Part shown: positions 1-9,492 of the stretch, in pieces
How the letters are laid out: each line of letters starts with the position of its first letter
Numbering within the stretch: position 1 is the first letter of the stretch
Assembly (NCBI GenBank): GCA_963792585.1
Contig: CAWBWI010000001.1
Location: 672,001-736,000, forward strand
Source of the DNA: Candidatus Eiseniibacteriota bacterium
Lineage (GTDB): Bacteria > Eisenbacteria > RBG-16-71-46 > CAIMUX01 > VGJL01
DNA length: 64,000 nucleotides
Direction: 5' to 3'
Position numbers and translations under genes: made by a program
The notes under the pieces: model-generated
The model's database searches: none
What the model saw: the letters and a program-made list of their open reading frames with translations, nothing else
What the model was told of the DNA's origin: nothing

Positions 1-330
<330 letters not shown>

Positions 331-476
331 GGGTTCACCTCTTCCTTTTCGTTGCAGGCCTTGGCGGGAGGATCGTGTCTTGCCTGGCATCTGTCTATCG
401 CATATTGGTTAGAGGAGACATAACCCTGGCAAATGGATGGAGGCGCATTGGCGCGCAGGATGGGAATCACGCGCGG

Positions 477-1370
477 ATGAGCGAGATCGAGATCTTCACC
501 CTCCGCTGTCTCGAGGCGGCGGCGCGTCTGGGCAGTCTGACTGCCGCGGCGCGAGCGCTCGGCGTGAGTCAGCCGGCCGTATCGGTGCAGATTGCGTCCC
601 TGGAGCGGCATCTGGGCGCGCGCCTCCTCGACCGCCGCGCCCGGGGCGTCCGCCCGACCGCCGCGGGGGAGTCCATCCTGGAACGCGCCCGCCGCGTGCT
701 GGACGAATTCCGCTCGCTCCAGGGGGATATCGAGCAGGGCGCGCTCCGGGGCCTCCTGCGGATCGGCTCGACCGACGTCGTCGTGCTGCACCGCTTGCCG
801 GCCGTGCTCAAGAGCTTCCGGGCAAAGCACCCGGGGGTCGATCTGCAGTTGATCATCGAGGGGAGTCTCGTTCTTGCGGAGGCGGTCCGCGCCCGCGACA
901 TCGAGCTGGCGTTGCTCACGCTCCCGATCCCAAACCCGCCCGGACCGCTGAGGCCGCTCTATCGAGATCCACTCCTCTTCGTCGTGGCGCCGCGGCACGC
1001 CCTCGCGCAGCGCCGGGCCGTTCGACTCGAGGAGATCGCCGCCGCGCAGTTGCTCGCCCACAAGACCGGTTCGGTCACACGCGGCATGATCGATGGCTTC
1101 TTCACGGCGCGGGGTCTGGCCCCGCGCGTCGTCATGGAGGTCTCGAGCCCGGAGGTGCTGCGCCGGATGGCCCAGAGCGGCCTGGGTGTCGCCATCCTTC
1201 CGGGGGTGAGCGTCGCCGAGGATCTTCGTCGCGGCCGGCTGAGGAGTCTCGCCGTCCGCGGCTGGAACCTCGAGCGCGTGTCGGGACTCCTCCTGCCGCC
1301 CGCGGGCCCGCCGTCGCGCGCCGGGCGGGAGTTCGTCCGCATCCTCCTGGGGGCGGTTTCTCCAGCCTAA
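477..1370 (+). CDS. LysR-family transcriptional regulator
   Basis: N-terminal HTH (GSLTAAARALGVSQPAVSVQIASLE) plus LysR substrate-binding domain; divergent from ino1. Confidence 0.95.
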   Translation: MSEIEIFTLRCLEAAARLGSLTAAARALGVSQPAVSVQIASLERHLGARLLDRRARGVRPTAAGESILERARRVLDEFRSLQGDIEQGALRGLLRIGSTDVVVLHRLPAVLKSFRAKHPGVDLQLIIEGSLVLAEAVRARDIELALLTLPIPNPPGPLRPLYRDPLLFVVAPRHALAQRRAVRLEEIAAAQLLAHKTGSVTRGMIDGFFTARGLAPRVVMEVSSPEVLRRMAQSGLGVAILPGVSVAEDLRRGRLRSLAVRGWNLERVSGLLLPPAGPPSRAGREFVRILLGAVSPA

Positions 1371-1463
1371 TCGTCGAACACGGTCTCGCCTACCACCGGG
1401 TTCGGTCTGCCCTCTGAGAGGGTCAATGGCGATACCTCTCCGCCCCACGGCAGCGGAAGGATC

Positions 1464-3935
1464 TCAGCGCTTCCGCCCCGCGAGGATCGCCTCGCGGCCC
1501 GCCAGGTAGAGGACCAACGTCAGCGCCAGGAACGGCAACATCGAGAGGGCATCGGCGTGCGCCCCGCCGTAGAACGGATTGTGCGCGATCGACCACTCCT
1601 CGATTCTCTGGTTGCTGCGGGTCAGGACCCCGGCCATGAACGCGATGACGATCCCCGCGATCGCTCCTCCCGCGATGTACCCCGACGCCATCAGCACGCC
1701 GGGGCTCTTGTCGCCCTCGGCGACCAACTCCTCTTCGGTCAAGCTCCGGTGACGGAGCTTGCGCCGCAGATTGCGGTCGACGAGCCAGCGGACGAAGCCT
1801 CCGATGAGGATCGGCGAGGAGGATGAGAGGGGAAGGTAGACTCCCACGGCGAAGGCGAGCGATGGGATGCTCGCCATCTCCAGGACGATCGCGATCATCA
1901 CGCCGAGCAGGACGAGCGCCCACGGAAGCTGGTGATTGAGGATCCCCTTGATGATGTAGGACATCAGGGTCGCCTTCGGCGCATCGTACTTCGCGACGGT
2001 CGTGCCGTCGGGACGGGTGCGATGGATGCCGTTGATTCCGGGGTCGACAAGATAGGCCGGAACGCCGTCCGCGGCCACGAGGTAACGTCCGGCGGGTCCG
2101 CCGACGTCGTCGACCTTCTGCCAGACGCGATAGTCCGCTCGATCGGACGATGCCTGCGGTCCCCGGATCTTCTCCTGGGCGCCCAGCTGTGCGGCGTCGG
2201 CGCGCAGGGCCGCGGGGAAGTTCGCCTCGACCCGGTAGCGAACCTGCCCCGTTTCGGTGAGGAGGTACTCTCCCGGTCCGAGCCCGACGACGGCCGGTGC
2301 ATCGGGAGCGATCGCGAGCACCCGGTAAGTGGCGGAGCCTGGTGGGCGGATCGGATCGGCATAGGGGGGAAGTCCCTCGACCGCGCCGGCATCGAGCGCC
2401 GGGGCGTTCGCGACCGCCGCGAATGTGACCCGCGGAACGTAGACCGTGGCGGCGTCGTTCAACCGCAGGAGGATCGGCCCGAGGATCACCGCGGAGGCCA
2501 GGGCCCCGACCAAGATCGAGATCTGCTGCAGCCGCGGGGTGGCGCCGACGAGGTAGCCGGTCTTCAGATCCTGAGATGTCGTCCCGCCGTTGGAGGCCGC
2601 GATGCAGACGATCGCACCCACGGACAGGGCGGTGACGTAGTAGACGGGTCCCGTCCAGCCGACGATCAGAAAGATCAAACAGGTGAGCAGGAGTGTGGCG
2701 ACCGTCATGCCGGAAATTGGATTCGACGAGGATCCGATCTCCCCTGTCAGACGGGACGAGACGGTCACGAAGAGGAAACCAAAGGCGACGATCATGATCG
2801 CGCCGAGCAGGTTCATGTGGAGCGTGCGGAAGGCCAGGATCATGACGACCAGGACGACGATACCGGCGATGACGAAGTTCATCGACAGGTCCCGGTCGAC
2901 CCTCGGCGCGGCTGCGGCCCCTGCGCGGCCACCCCGCACGTCCGCGATGCCGCCCTTCAGACCGTGCCAGATGATCGGGAGAGATCGTGCCAGGCTGATG
3001 ATGCCGCCTGCGGCGACGGCGCCGGCGCCGATGTAGAGGACATATGCGCCGCGGATCTGGTGCGGGCTCATCTCCGCGATCGGTATCGTTCCCGGCGGAA
3101 GGGCGCGCGTCATCCCCTCGCCGAAGAACTTGATCGCCGGGATCAGCACGAGGTAGGCGAGCACGCCGCCCGCGCACATGATCGACGAGATCCGCGGGCC
3201 GATGATGTAGCCCACGCCCAGCAGCGCGGGGGAGATCTCGGCGCCGATCGATCCGGACTGGAAGGGGCGCCCGAAGACTTTTTCCGGAATGTCCTTCCAG
3301 CCACGCAGCGCGGACATGACGACCTGGTAGGCGAAGCCGATCCCGAAGCCGGTGAAGATCGTCTTGGCGCCGATCTGTGATCCCGCCGGATCTTCGATGA
3401 GGCCCCCTTTGGCCGCGACGGCGCGCGACTCCTCCGAGGCGCCGGCTTTCAGAACCTCTGCGCAGGCGGTTCCCTCCGGGTACTTGAGGATGCCGTGCTG
3501 TTGCACGATCAGCGCCCGGCGCAACGGGATCATCATCAGGATGCCGAGGAGCCCTCCGAGGACGGCGACGAGCATGACCCGCGTGATTTCCAGATCGAAG
3601 CCGAGGATCATGATGGCCGGCATCGTGACGCCGATCCCGAAGGCGATCGACTCGCCCGCGGACCCGGCGGTTTGCACGATGTTGTTCTCGAGGATCGTCG
3701 CGTTTCGGACCCCGGCCCGTGAAAGCAGCCGGAAGAGCGTGATCGAGAGGACCGCTACCGGGATCGAGGCGCTCACCGTCAATCCGACCTTGAGAACGAG
3801 GTAGAGCGAGGAAGCGCCGAATACCACGCCGAGCAAGGTCCCAACGATGAGGGGCAGAGGGGTCAGCTCGGCGATCCGGGCTTCGGTGGGGATATAGGGT
3901 CGGAATGAGGCGGGGTCGCTGGGGCGCGTCGCCAT
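1464..3935 (-). CDS. OPT-family oligopeptide transporter
   Basis: Motifs LKVGLTVSASIP, ENNIVQTAGSAGES, YPEGTACAEVL, GSSSNPISGM, QDLKTGYLVGATP; many TM segments. Confidence 0.93.
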   Translation of the reverse strand: MATRPSDPASFRPYIPTEARIAELTPLPLIVGTLLGVVFGASSLYLVLKVGLTVSASIPVAVLSITLFRLLSRAGVRNATILENNIVQTAGSAGESIAFGIGVTMPAIMILGFDLEITRVMLVAVLGGLLGILMMIPLRRALIVQQHGILKYPEGTACAEVLKAGASEESRAVAAKGGLIEDPAGSQIGAKTIFTGFGIGFAYQVVMSALRGWKDIPEKVFGRPFQSGSIGAEISPALLGVGYIIGPRISSIMCAGGVLAYLVLIPAIKFFGEGMTRALPPGTIPIAEMSPHQIRGAYVLYIGAGAVAAGGIISLARSLPIIWHGLKGGIADVRGGRAGAAAAPRVDRDLSMNFVIAGIVVLVVMILAFRTLHMNLLGAIMIVAFGFLFVTVSSRLTGEIGSSSNPISGMTVATLLLTCLIFLIVGWTGPVYYVTALSVGAIVCIAASNGGTTSQDLKTGYLVGATPRLQQISILVGALASAVILGPILLRLNDAATVYVPRVTFAAVANAPALDAGAVEGLPPYADPIRPPGSATYRVLAIAPDAPAVVGLGPGEYLLTETGQVRYRVEANFPAALRADAAQLGAQEKIRGPQASSDRADYRVWQKVDDVGGPAGRYLVAADGVPAYLVDPGINGIHRTRPDGTTVAKYDAPKATLMSYIIKGILNHQLPWALVLLGVMIAIVLEMASIPSLAFAVGVYLPLSSSSPILIGGFVRWLVDRNLRRKLRHRSLTEEELVAEGDKSPGVLMASGYIAGGAIAGIVIAFMAGVLTRSNQRIEEWSIAHNPFYGGAHADALSMLPFLALTLVLYLAGREAILAGRKR

Positions 3936-3984
3936 CTTCGAGTCCTCCGATCGGCCTCCTAGGCCGGTGGGATCTCCCTACGGA

Positions 3985-5190
3985 TCAAACTTGGAGCCCA
4001 GGATATTGTTTGAGACCTTCGAGCAGGATCGACATCGCGCGGCGAAGCGTCTTCTCCTCGAAGACGTAGGCGATGCGAATCTCCTTCTTGCCCATGCCGG
4101 GAGTGGCGTAGAAGCCGTCCCCGGGAGCGGCCATGACCGTCTCGCCATCGCGCTCGAAGGATGTGAGCATCCAGCGGATGAACGTGTCGGCGTCGTCGAC
4201 CGGCAGAGTCGCCATGACGTAGAAGGCGCCGCGGGGTGGGCGACAACGGATGCTCGGCGCCGCGGCGAGCATCTCCATGACGGTGTTGCGGCGTCCCTCG
4301 AACTCGCGGACGAAGCCGTCGTAGTAGCTCTCCGGCAGCGAGAGGGCCGGGACGGCGGCGATCTGCCCGAGCCCGGGCGGAGAGAGACGGGCCTGGGCGA
4401 AGCGCATGCAGCAGTCGAAGACCTCGCGATTCTTCGTCGCGAGGCAGCCGATTCTCGCCCCGCACGCGCTGAAGCGCTTCGAGATCGAGTCGACGAGGAT
4501 CACTCGCTGGTCGATCCCCGGAATCGTCAGGACGGACTGGTGCTTCCGGCCGTCGTAGCAGAACTCCCGGTAGACCTCGTCCACGATCAGGAAGAGACCG
4601 TGGCGCACCGCGAAGGCGGCGATCGCCTCGACTTCCGACTGATCATAGACGGTGCCAGTGGGATTGCCGGGATTGCAGAGGAGGATCGCACGGGTCCGCG
4701 GGCCGACCGCCGCCGCCCAGCTCTCCGGGGGCGGGAGGTGATAGCCGTTGTCGGCCGAACAGGTCAGTGGGCGCACCTCGACGCTCATGAACCTCGCGAA
4801 TCCGACATAGTTGGCGTACAGCGGCTCGGGGACGATCACCTCGTCGCCGGAGTCGGCGACCGCACCGATCGCGAAGAGGATCGCCTCGCTCCCCCCGGCC
4901 GTGACGAGGATTTCGGCGGGGTCCAGCGCGATCCCGTGGCGACGGTAGTAGGCAGAGAATGCATCCCGGAGCTCCGGAATCCCGCCGGAAGGGGAGTAGG
5001 CCAGGGTCGTGGGGAGTTTGCCCCTCAGCGTCTCCCACATGACCTCCGGGGTCGGTATGTCCGGCTGTCCGATGTTCAGGCCGTGGACGAAGATCCCCCG
5101 TCGGCGGGCCTCATCCGCCAACGGCACGAGCTTGCGAATCGGCGACGGCGGGACCGACTGGCCCCTACGCGAGATCGACAACCCCTCCAT
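3985..5190 (-). CDS. PLP-dependent aminotransferase class I/II (aspartate aminotransferase-like)
   Basis: LNIGQPD, NPGNPTG, DEVYREF, DSISKRFSACGARIG (PLP lysine). Confidence 0.93.
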   Translation of the reverse strand: MEGLSISRRGQSVPPSPIRKLVPLADEARRRGIFVHGLNIGQPDIPTPEVMWETLRGKLPTTLAYSPSGGIPELRDAFSAYYRRHGIALDPAEILVTAGGSEAILFAIGAVADSGDEVIVPEPLYANYVGFARFMSVEVRPLTCSADNGYHLPPPESWAAAVGPRTRAILLCNPGNPTGTVYDQSEVEAIAAFAVRHGLFLIVDEVYREFCYDGRKHQSVLTIPGIDQRVILVDSISKRFSACGARIGCLATKNREVFDCCMRFAQARLSPPGLGQIAAVPALSLPESYYDGFVREFEGRRNTVMEMLAAAPSIRCRPPRGAFYVMATLPVDDADTFIRWMLTSFERDGETVMAAPGDGFYATPGMGKKEIRIAYVFEEKTLRRAMSILLEGLKQYPGLQV

Positions 5191-5224
5191 CACGTACCCC
5201 CCAGCGATCTCGGCCCAACTGGGC

Positions 5225-5536
5225 CTAATGTGATTCGGGTTTGAAGCCGATATCACGGACGGGAGGAGGTTCCCCCTGCGTCCGGATCTTCCCGTATTGG
5301 GCCTCGTAGCCCTCGATCATGACCTGCAGCCTACCCAGGAAGGAGCGGGCCGTTGTGGGCGTCATCAGGATGCGGGAGAAGACCTTCGGCCTTGGAAGTC
5401 CCGGCAGGTTTCGAGCGAAATCCAGGATGAACTCATGGTCCGAATGAGCGAGCACCACGAAGTTTGCGTAGATCCCAATCGCCTCGTTGGGATCGATTTG
5501 GACTTGGACCTGTGCGGGAGGCGGCTGCTTCTCCAT
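5225..5536 (-). CDS. DUF3467-like small protein
   Basis: GIYANFVVLAHSDHEFILDF...SRILMTP...YEAQYGKI pattern; start taken at MEKQPPP. Confidence 0.8.
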   Translation of the reverse strand: MEKQPPPAQVQVQIDPNEAIGIYANFVVLAHSDHEFILDFARNLPGLPRPKVFSRILMTPTTARSFLGRLQVMIEGYEAQYGKIRTQGEPPPVRDIGFKPESH

Positions 5537-5646
5537 CGATTCGAACCCCCTCGCGGCATGCCCGACACCATCGGGCGCCGCCTCCGATCCACCCCATCCT
5601 CCCGGCCCGGCACCCGGGCGGGAGTCGAGAAGACCGGGCGGAAACC

Positions 5647-7428
5647 ATGACATCCAGTCCGTCGAATCCGGGCCGGCCCGGAAAGAAGCCGGGGACCGAA
5701 AGCCAGCCGGAGTATATCCGACGCCTCGAGGCGAGGCTCCAGCAAATCTCCCGACTCGCCGATACGGGGGCCCGGGTGCAGCAGGCGGGCGCGATCGACG
5801 TCATCAGCGGCGAGTTGCTCACCGCGGTGCGTGATGCCGTCCCCGACGCCGAGGTACGGCTCTATCTTTGCGAGGGGGAGAGCCTGCGGGACGCGGAAGC
5901 GGCCCACAGGTTCGATGGCCTCGGTCAGGGCGGAGAGATCGCGGGTGACGACCTCGGCGTGACCGAGCGGGCGTTGCGTGACCACAGGACGATCTGGGTC
6001 GGCGCCGGCCCCGACGGCGGGACCCATGTCGTTGCCGCAGTTCCCCTGCCGGTCGACGCGGAACCGATCGGCGTCCTGGCGTTCCGGGCGGACCGGAGCC
6101 TGGAGCCTCCGGATCCCGTGGTGCTGTCCGGGATCGAGACCCTGGGTCGCCACGCCTCCGCGGCGATCGAGCGGTTGCGCGCGGCCCAAAGGGCGGATCA
6201 GCGGAGGGTCTACCTCGACACCCTCGTTGAGATCGACCGCGAGATCCTGGGTGCGACCCGCCTGAACGAGGTGATCCGCTTCGCGCTGCGGACCGCGGTG
6301 GAACGGACCGGCGCCGCGTGGGGCGTGGCCTGGCTCTACGACGCATCGGCCGAGCGGCTGCGCCTTTCCTCGACGTTTGGGGGCGGGTCCCCCGAATTCG
6401 ATGCGCAGCTGGCCCGCATGGGAGAGCAGGCGCTTCGCGCCCTGCGTTCCCATGGCCCCGTCAGCGGCGCCGACCCGGACACGGCCGCCAGCTTCCTTTG
6501 CGCGCCCATGATCGCCTTCGACGAGCCCCTTGGCGCACTCGCCGTCGGGGAGCGCCGGGGGGGCCGGGCATTCGGAGGCGACGAAGAGGCGTTCCTGCGA
6601 ACGGTCGCCTCCCAATGCGCATTGGCGACCCAGAACGCTCACCTCTGCGACCGCGAGCGGGACGCCATGCGGAGGCTCCAGGAAACGCAAGGGATGCTGA
6701 TGCAGACCGAGCGACTCGCCGCACTGGGCGAGTTGAGCGCGAAGGTCGCGCACGAGATCCGCAATCCTCTCTCGGCGATCGGAGGATTCGCGAGGCGGAT
6801 CGAGAAGGCGCTTCCCGAGACGGATCCGAATGCTTCCTACGCGGCGATCATCACCCGCGAGATCCGGCGGCTCGAGACCATCCTGACCGAACAGCTCGAG
6901 TTCGCCCGTTCCCCGCATCCGCGGCTCGTCATGATCGATCTGAACGAAGTCGTGCGCGAGACCATGACCCTCATCCGCGAGGAGACCGAAAAGATCGGCG
7001 TGGAACTCCTGGAGGGTTACGAGAGCAGGATCCCCCCGATGCTTCTCGACGCCGATCGCGTCAAGCAGGTCCTCTTGAACATCCTCAAGAACGCCGCCGC
7101 CTCGACGCGCAAGGGGCAGCGGATCCGCGTGCGAACGAGGGCTTCGGAAGGGTGGGCGCAAATCGAGATCGCCAATGACGGGGAGCGCCTGGCCGGAGAG
7201 ATCCTCGAGCAGCTGTTCGTTCCGTTTGCCACCGGGCGAAACCAGGGATGCGGACTCGGCCTGGCCGTGGCCGATCAGATCGTCAAAGAGCACGGCGGGG
7301 AGATCCGCGTTCGGTCGGACGAGGAGTGGAGTGTCGTGTTCACCGTGAGTCTCCCGATCCGACAAAACCAGGACAAGCGCCGGAATCCACAACGGCGAAG
7401 GGGACGCGACCGGAGATGGGCCGCGTGA
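5647..7428 (+). CDS. GAF-GAF sensor histidine kinase
   Basis: Two GAF-like regions; H-box AHEIRNPL, N-box QVLLNILKNA, G-box GCGLGL. Confidence 0.92.
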   Translation: MTSSPSNPGRPGKKPGTESQPEYIRRLEARLQQISRLADTGARVQQAGAIDVISGELLTAVRDAVPDAEVRLYLCEGESLRDAEAAHRFDGLGQGGEIAGDDLGVTERALRDHRTIWVGAGPDGGTHVVAAVPLPVDAEPIGVLAFRADRSLEPPDPVVLSGIETLGRHASAAIERLRAAQRADQRRVYLDTLVEIDREILGATRLNEVIRFALRTAVERTGAAWGVAWLYDASAERLRLSSTFGGGSPEFDAQLARMGEQALRALRSHGPVSGADPDTAASFLCAPMIAFDEPLGALAVGERRGGRAFGGDEEAFLRTVASQCALATQNAHLCDRERDAMRRLQETQGMLMQTERLAALGELSAKVAHEIRNPLSAIGGFARRIEKALPETDPNASYAAIITREIRRLETILTEQLEFARSPHPRLVMIDLNEVVRETMTLIREETEKIGVELLEGYESRIPPMLLDADRVKQVLLNILKNAAASTRKGQRIRVRTRASEGWAQIEIANDGERLAGEILEQLFVPFATGRNQGCGLGLAVADQIVKEHGGEIRVRSDEEWSVVFTVSLPIRQNQDKRRNPQRRRGRDRRWAA

Positions 7429-7466
7429 GCGCTCCGCACATGGGGAGCGCTGGAAAGGGGCGTCCT

Positions 7467-7829
7467 ATGCAAACCCTCTTGATCGTGGAGGACGATCCGA
7501 ACCTCCGCCTCCTTTACGAGGAGGAATTTCGAGAAGAGGGATACCACGTTCTCACGGCTGCCTCCGGCGAGGAGGCGCTCGAGATCGCGCGCAGGTCACG
7601 GGTGGCGGGCGTGGTGCTGGACATCCGTCTGGGGGGGATCGACGGCCTCGAGGTGATGCGAAGACTGCTGGACATAAGTCCGGACACAGCCGTGGTCCTG
7701 AACTCGGCCTACCCGAGCTTCAAGTCCGATTTCGCGAGTTGGGGCGCGGAACACTACGTGGTGAAGTCCTCAAACTTGTTGGAGTTGAGACAGGCCGTCC
7801 ACGACGCTCTCTGCAGATTCGCCGCCTGA
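7467..7829 (+). CDS. single-domain response regulator
   Basis: LLIVEDD, VVLDIRLGGIDG, YVVKS receiver motifs. Confidence 0.92.
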   Translation: MQTLLIVEDDPNLRLLYEEEFREEGYHVLTAASGEEALEIARRSRVAGVVLDIRLGGIDGLEVMRRLLDISPDTAVVLNSAYPSFKSDFASWGAEHYVVKSSNLLELRQAVHDALCRFAA

Positions 7830-7890
7830 CGAGCCTCAAATCGGGCCTTGACCAGCACGGGTAGGGTCGTGCTTATATCGTGCCTTGGGT

Positions 7891-7966
7891 GCTGGCTTAG
7901 CTCAGTTGGTAGAGCGCTAGACTGAAAATCTGGAAGTCCGCAGTTCGAATCTGCGAGCCAGCACCA
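7891..7966 (+). tRNA. tRNA-Phe (GAA)
   Basis: Cloverleaf GCTGGCT/AGCCAGC, anticodon loop CTGAAAA, TTCGAAT T-loop, encoded CCA. Confidence 0.97.
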
Positions 7967-7997
7967 GTATTCCATTCCTACGATTCGCATGGTTCTC

Positions 7998-8073
7998 GCT
8001 GGTGTAGCTCAGCTGGTAGAGCAGCGCATTCGTAATGCGCAGGTCAGCGGTTCGATTCCGCTCACCAGCTCCA
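7998..8073 (+). tRNA. tRNA-Thr (CGT)
   Basis: Cloverleaf GCTGGTG/CACCAGC, anticodon loop TTCGTAA, encoded CCA. Confidence 0.97.
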
Positions 8074-8135
8074 TCCTTGGTCCCAGGCCCTTCCCGGCGC
8101 GTCCGGGGAGGGCTTGAACCTATCCGGGAGGACGA

Positions 8136-9485
8136 ATGAGCCGTCTGATGGTCAGCATCTCGGGTGTGCGGGGAATCGTCGGGCCGGACCTCAATCCATT
8201 GCTCGTCGCCCGCTGGACGGCGGCTTTCGCCGCGGGATTGCCGGAGGGACCGGTCGTCGTGGGACGCGACTCGCGGCCCAGCGGGGAGCGACTGGCCTGC
8301 TGCGCGATGGACGTGCTCCAAGCGTGCGGACGCGATGTCTGGGACCTGGGAATCGTCCCGACCCCGACGGTGCAAGTTGCGGTCGAGACGTGGCATGCGG
8401 CGGGAGGCCTCATCCTCACCGCGAGCCACAACCCCGCACCGTGGAATGCCCTGAAGTTCGTCGCGCCGAACGGGTCGTTTCTCGATCCCGACGCCTTCGC
8501 CGGACTGCGCGCGCGCGTGGATGCCGAGGTCTCCAATTTCCGGCCGGCCGACGGGTGGGGCGCACGCTTCCATCGGGGCGAAGAGGCGCTCGGGGAACAC
8601 CGTCGCCTCATCCTGGCCGGGGTCGACACGGAGTCGATCCGGAAGCGTCGGGTATCCATATTGATCGACTGCGTACACGGGGCGGGAGGTGTCCTCATCC
8701 CGGATCTCCTCCGGGACCTGGGGGCGGACGTGCGGGTTCTTCACGGCGAGCCGCACGGGAGATTTCCGCGGGACCCGGAGCCCACGGGGCCCGCGATCGA
8801 TGACCTGGCGCGGGAGGCGGCCGCGACCGGCGCGACATTCGCCCTGGCCGTGGACCCGGATGCCGACCGGTGCGCCCTCGCGTTGCCGGGCGGAGAGGCT
8901 GTCGGAGAGGAGTGGACGTTGCCGCTGGTGGCGGCCCAGGTCCTGTCCAAGCGACCCGGACCGATCGTGACGAACTTGAGCACTTCGACCCGGATCGACG
9001 CCGTTGCGGAACGCTTCGGGTGCGTGGTGACCCGGACCCCGGTCGGGGAGGCGAACGTGGTCGCGGGAATGCGCGCCGCGGGGGCCGTGCTTGGCGGCGA
9101 GGGCAACGGCGGCGTCATCGATCCCATGGTCCACTACGGTCGGGATGCCGCCGTGGCCGCGGTTTGGCTGCTCCAGGCCGCCGCCGCCCCGGATGGCCTG
9201 TCCGGGATGGCGCGCTCGCTGCCGCCGCGCTACCTTCTGAAGAGAAAACTGCCCTTGAAGCAGGGCACGGGCCCCGAGGATCTGCTGGAAGGCATTCGCG
9301 GACTCTTCGGGGAGGCCGACGCGCGGGATGGCCTTCGGTGGGGGATGGCGGACGGATTCGTGCACGTCCGAGCTTCGGGGACGGAACCAGTCGTGCGGGT
9401 CATCGTAGAAGCGGCGTCCGAGGATGAAGCCCAAACGAGACTCGAGCGGGTGATGCGGGCCGGGCCCTTCGGGGCCGGAGGGTAA
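8136..9485 (+). CDS. glmM: phosphoglucosamine mutase
   Basis: TASHNP phosphoserine loop, DPDADR metal loop, GGEGNGG, RASGTEP; directly upstream of glmS. Confidence 0.88.
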   Translation: MSRLMVSISGVRGIVGPDLNPLLVARWTAAFAAGLPEGPVVVGRDSRPSGERLACCAMDVLQACGRDVWDLGIVPTPTVQVAVETWHAAGGLILTASHNPAPWNALKFVAPNGSFLDPDAFAGLRARVDAEVSNFRPADGWGARFHRGEEALGEHRRLILAGVDTESIRKRRVSILIDCVHGAGGVLIPDLLRDLGADVRVLHGEPHGRFPRDPEPTGPAIDDLAREAAATGATFALAVDPDADRCALALPGGEAVGEEWTLPLVAAQVLSKRPGPIVTNLSTSTRIDAVAERFGCVVTRTPVGEANVVAGMRAAGAVLGGEGNGGVIDPMVHYGRDAAVAAVWLLQAAAAPDGLSGMARSLPPRYLLKRKLPLKQGTGPEDLLEGIRGLFGEADARDGLRWGMADGFVHVRASGTEPVVRVIVEAASEDEAQTRLERVMRAGPFGAGG

Positions 9486-9492
9486 CGACGCG

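Noticed and set aside
9486..9492. glmS ribozyme
   Set aside because: Only 7 nt separate glmM and glmS; there is no room.
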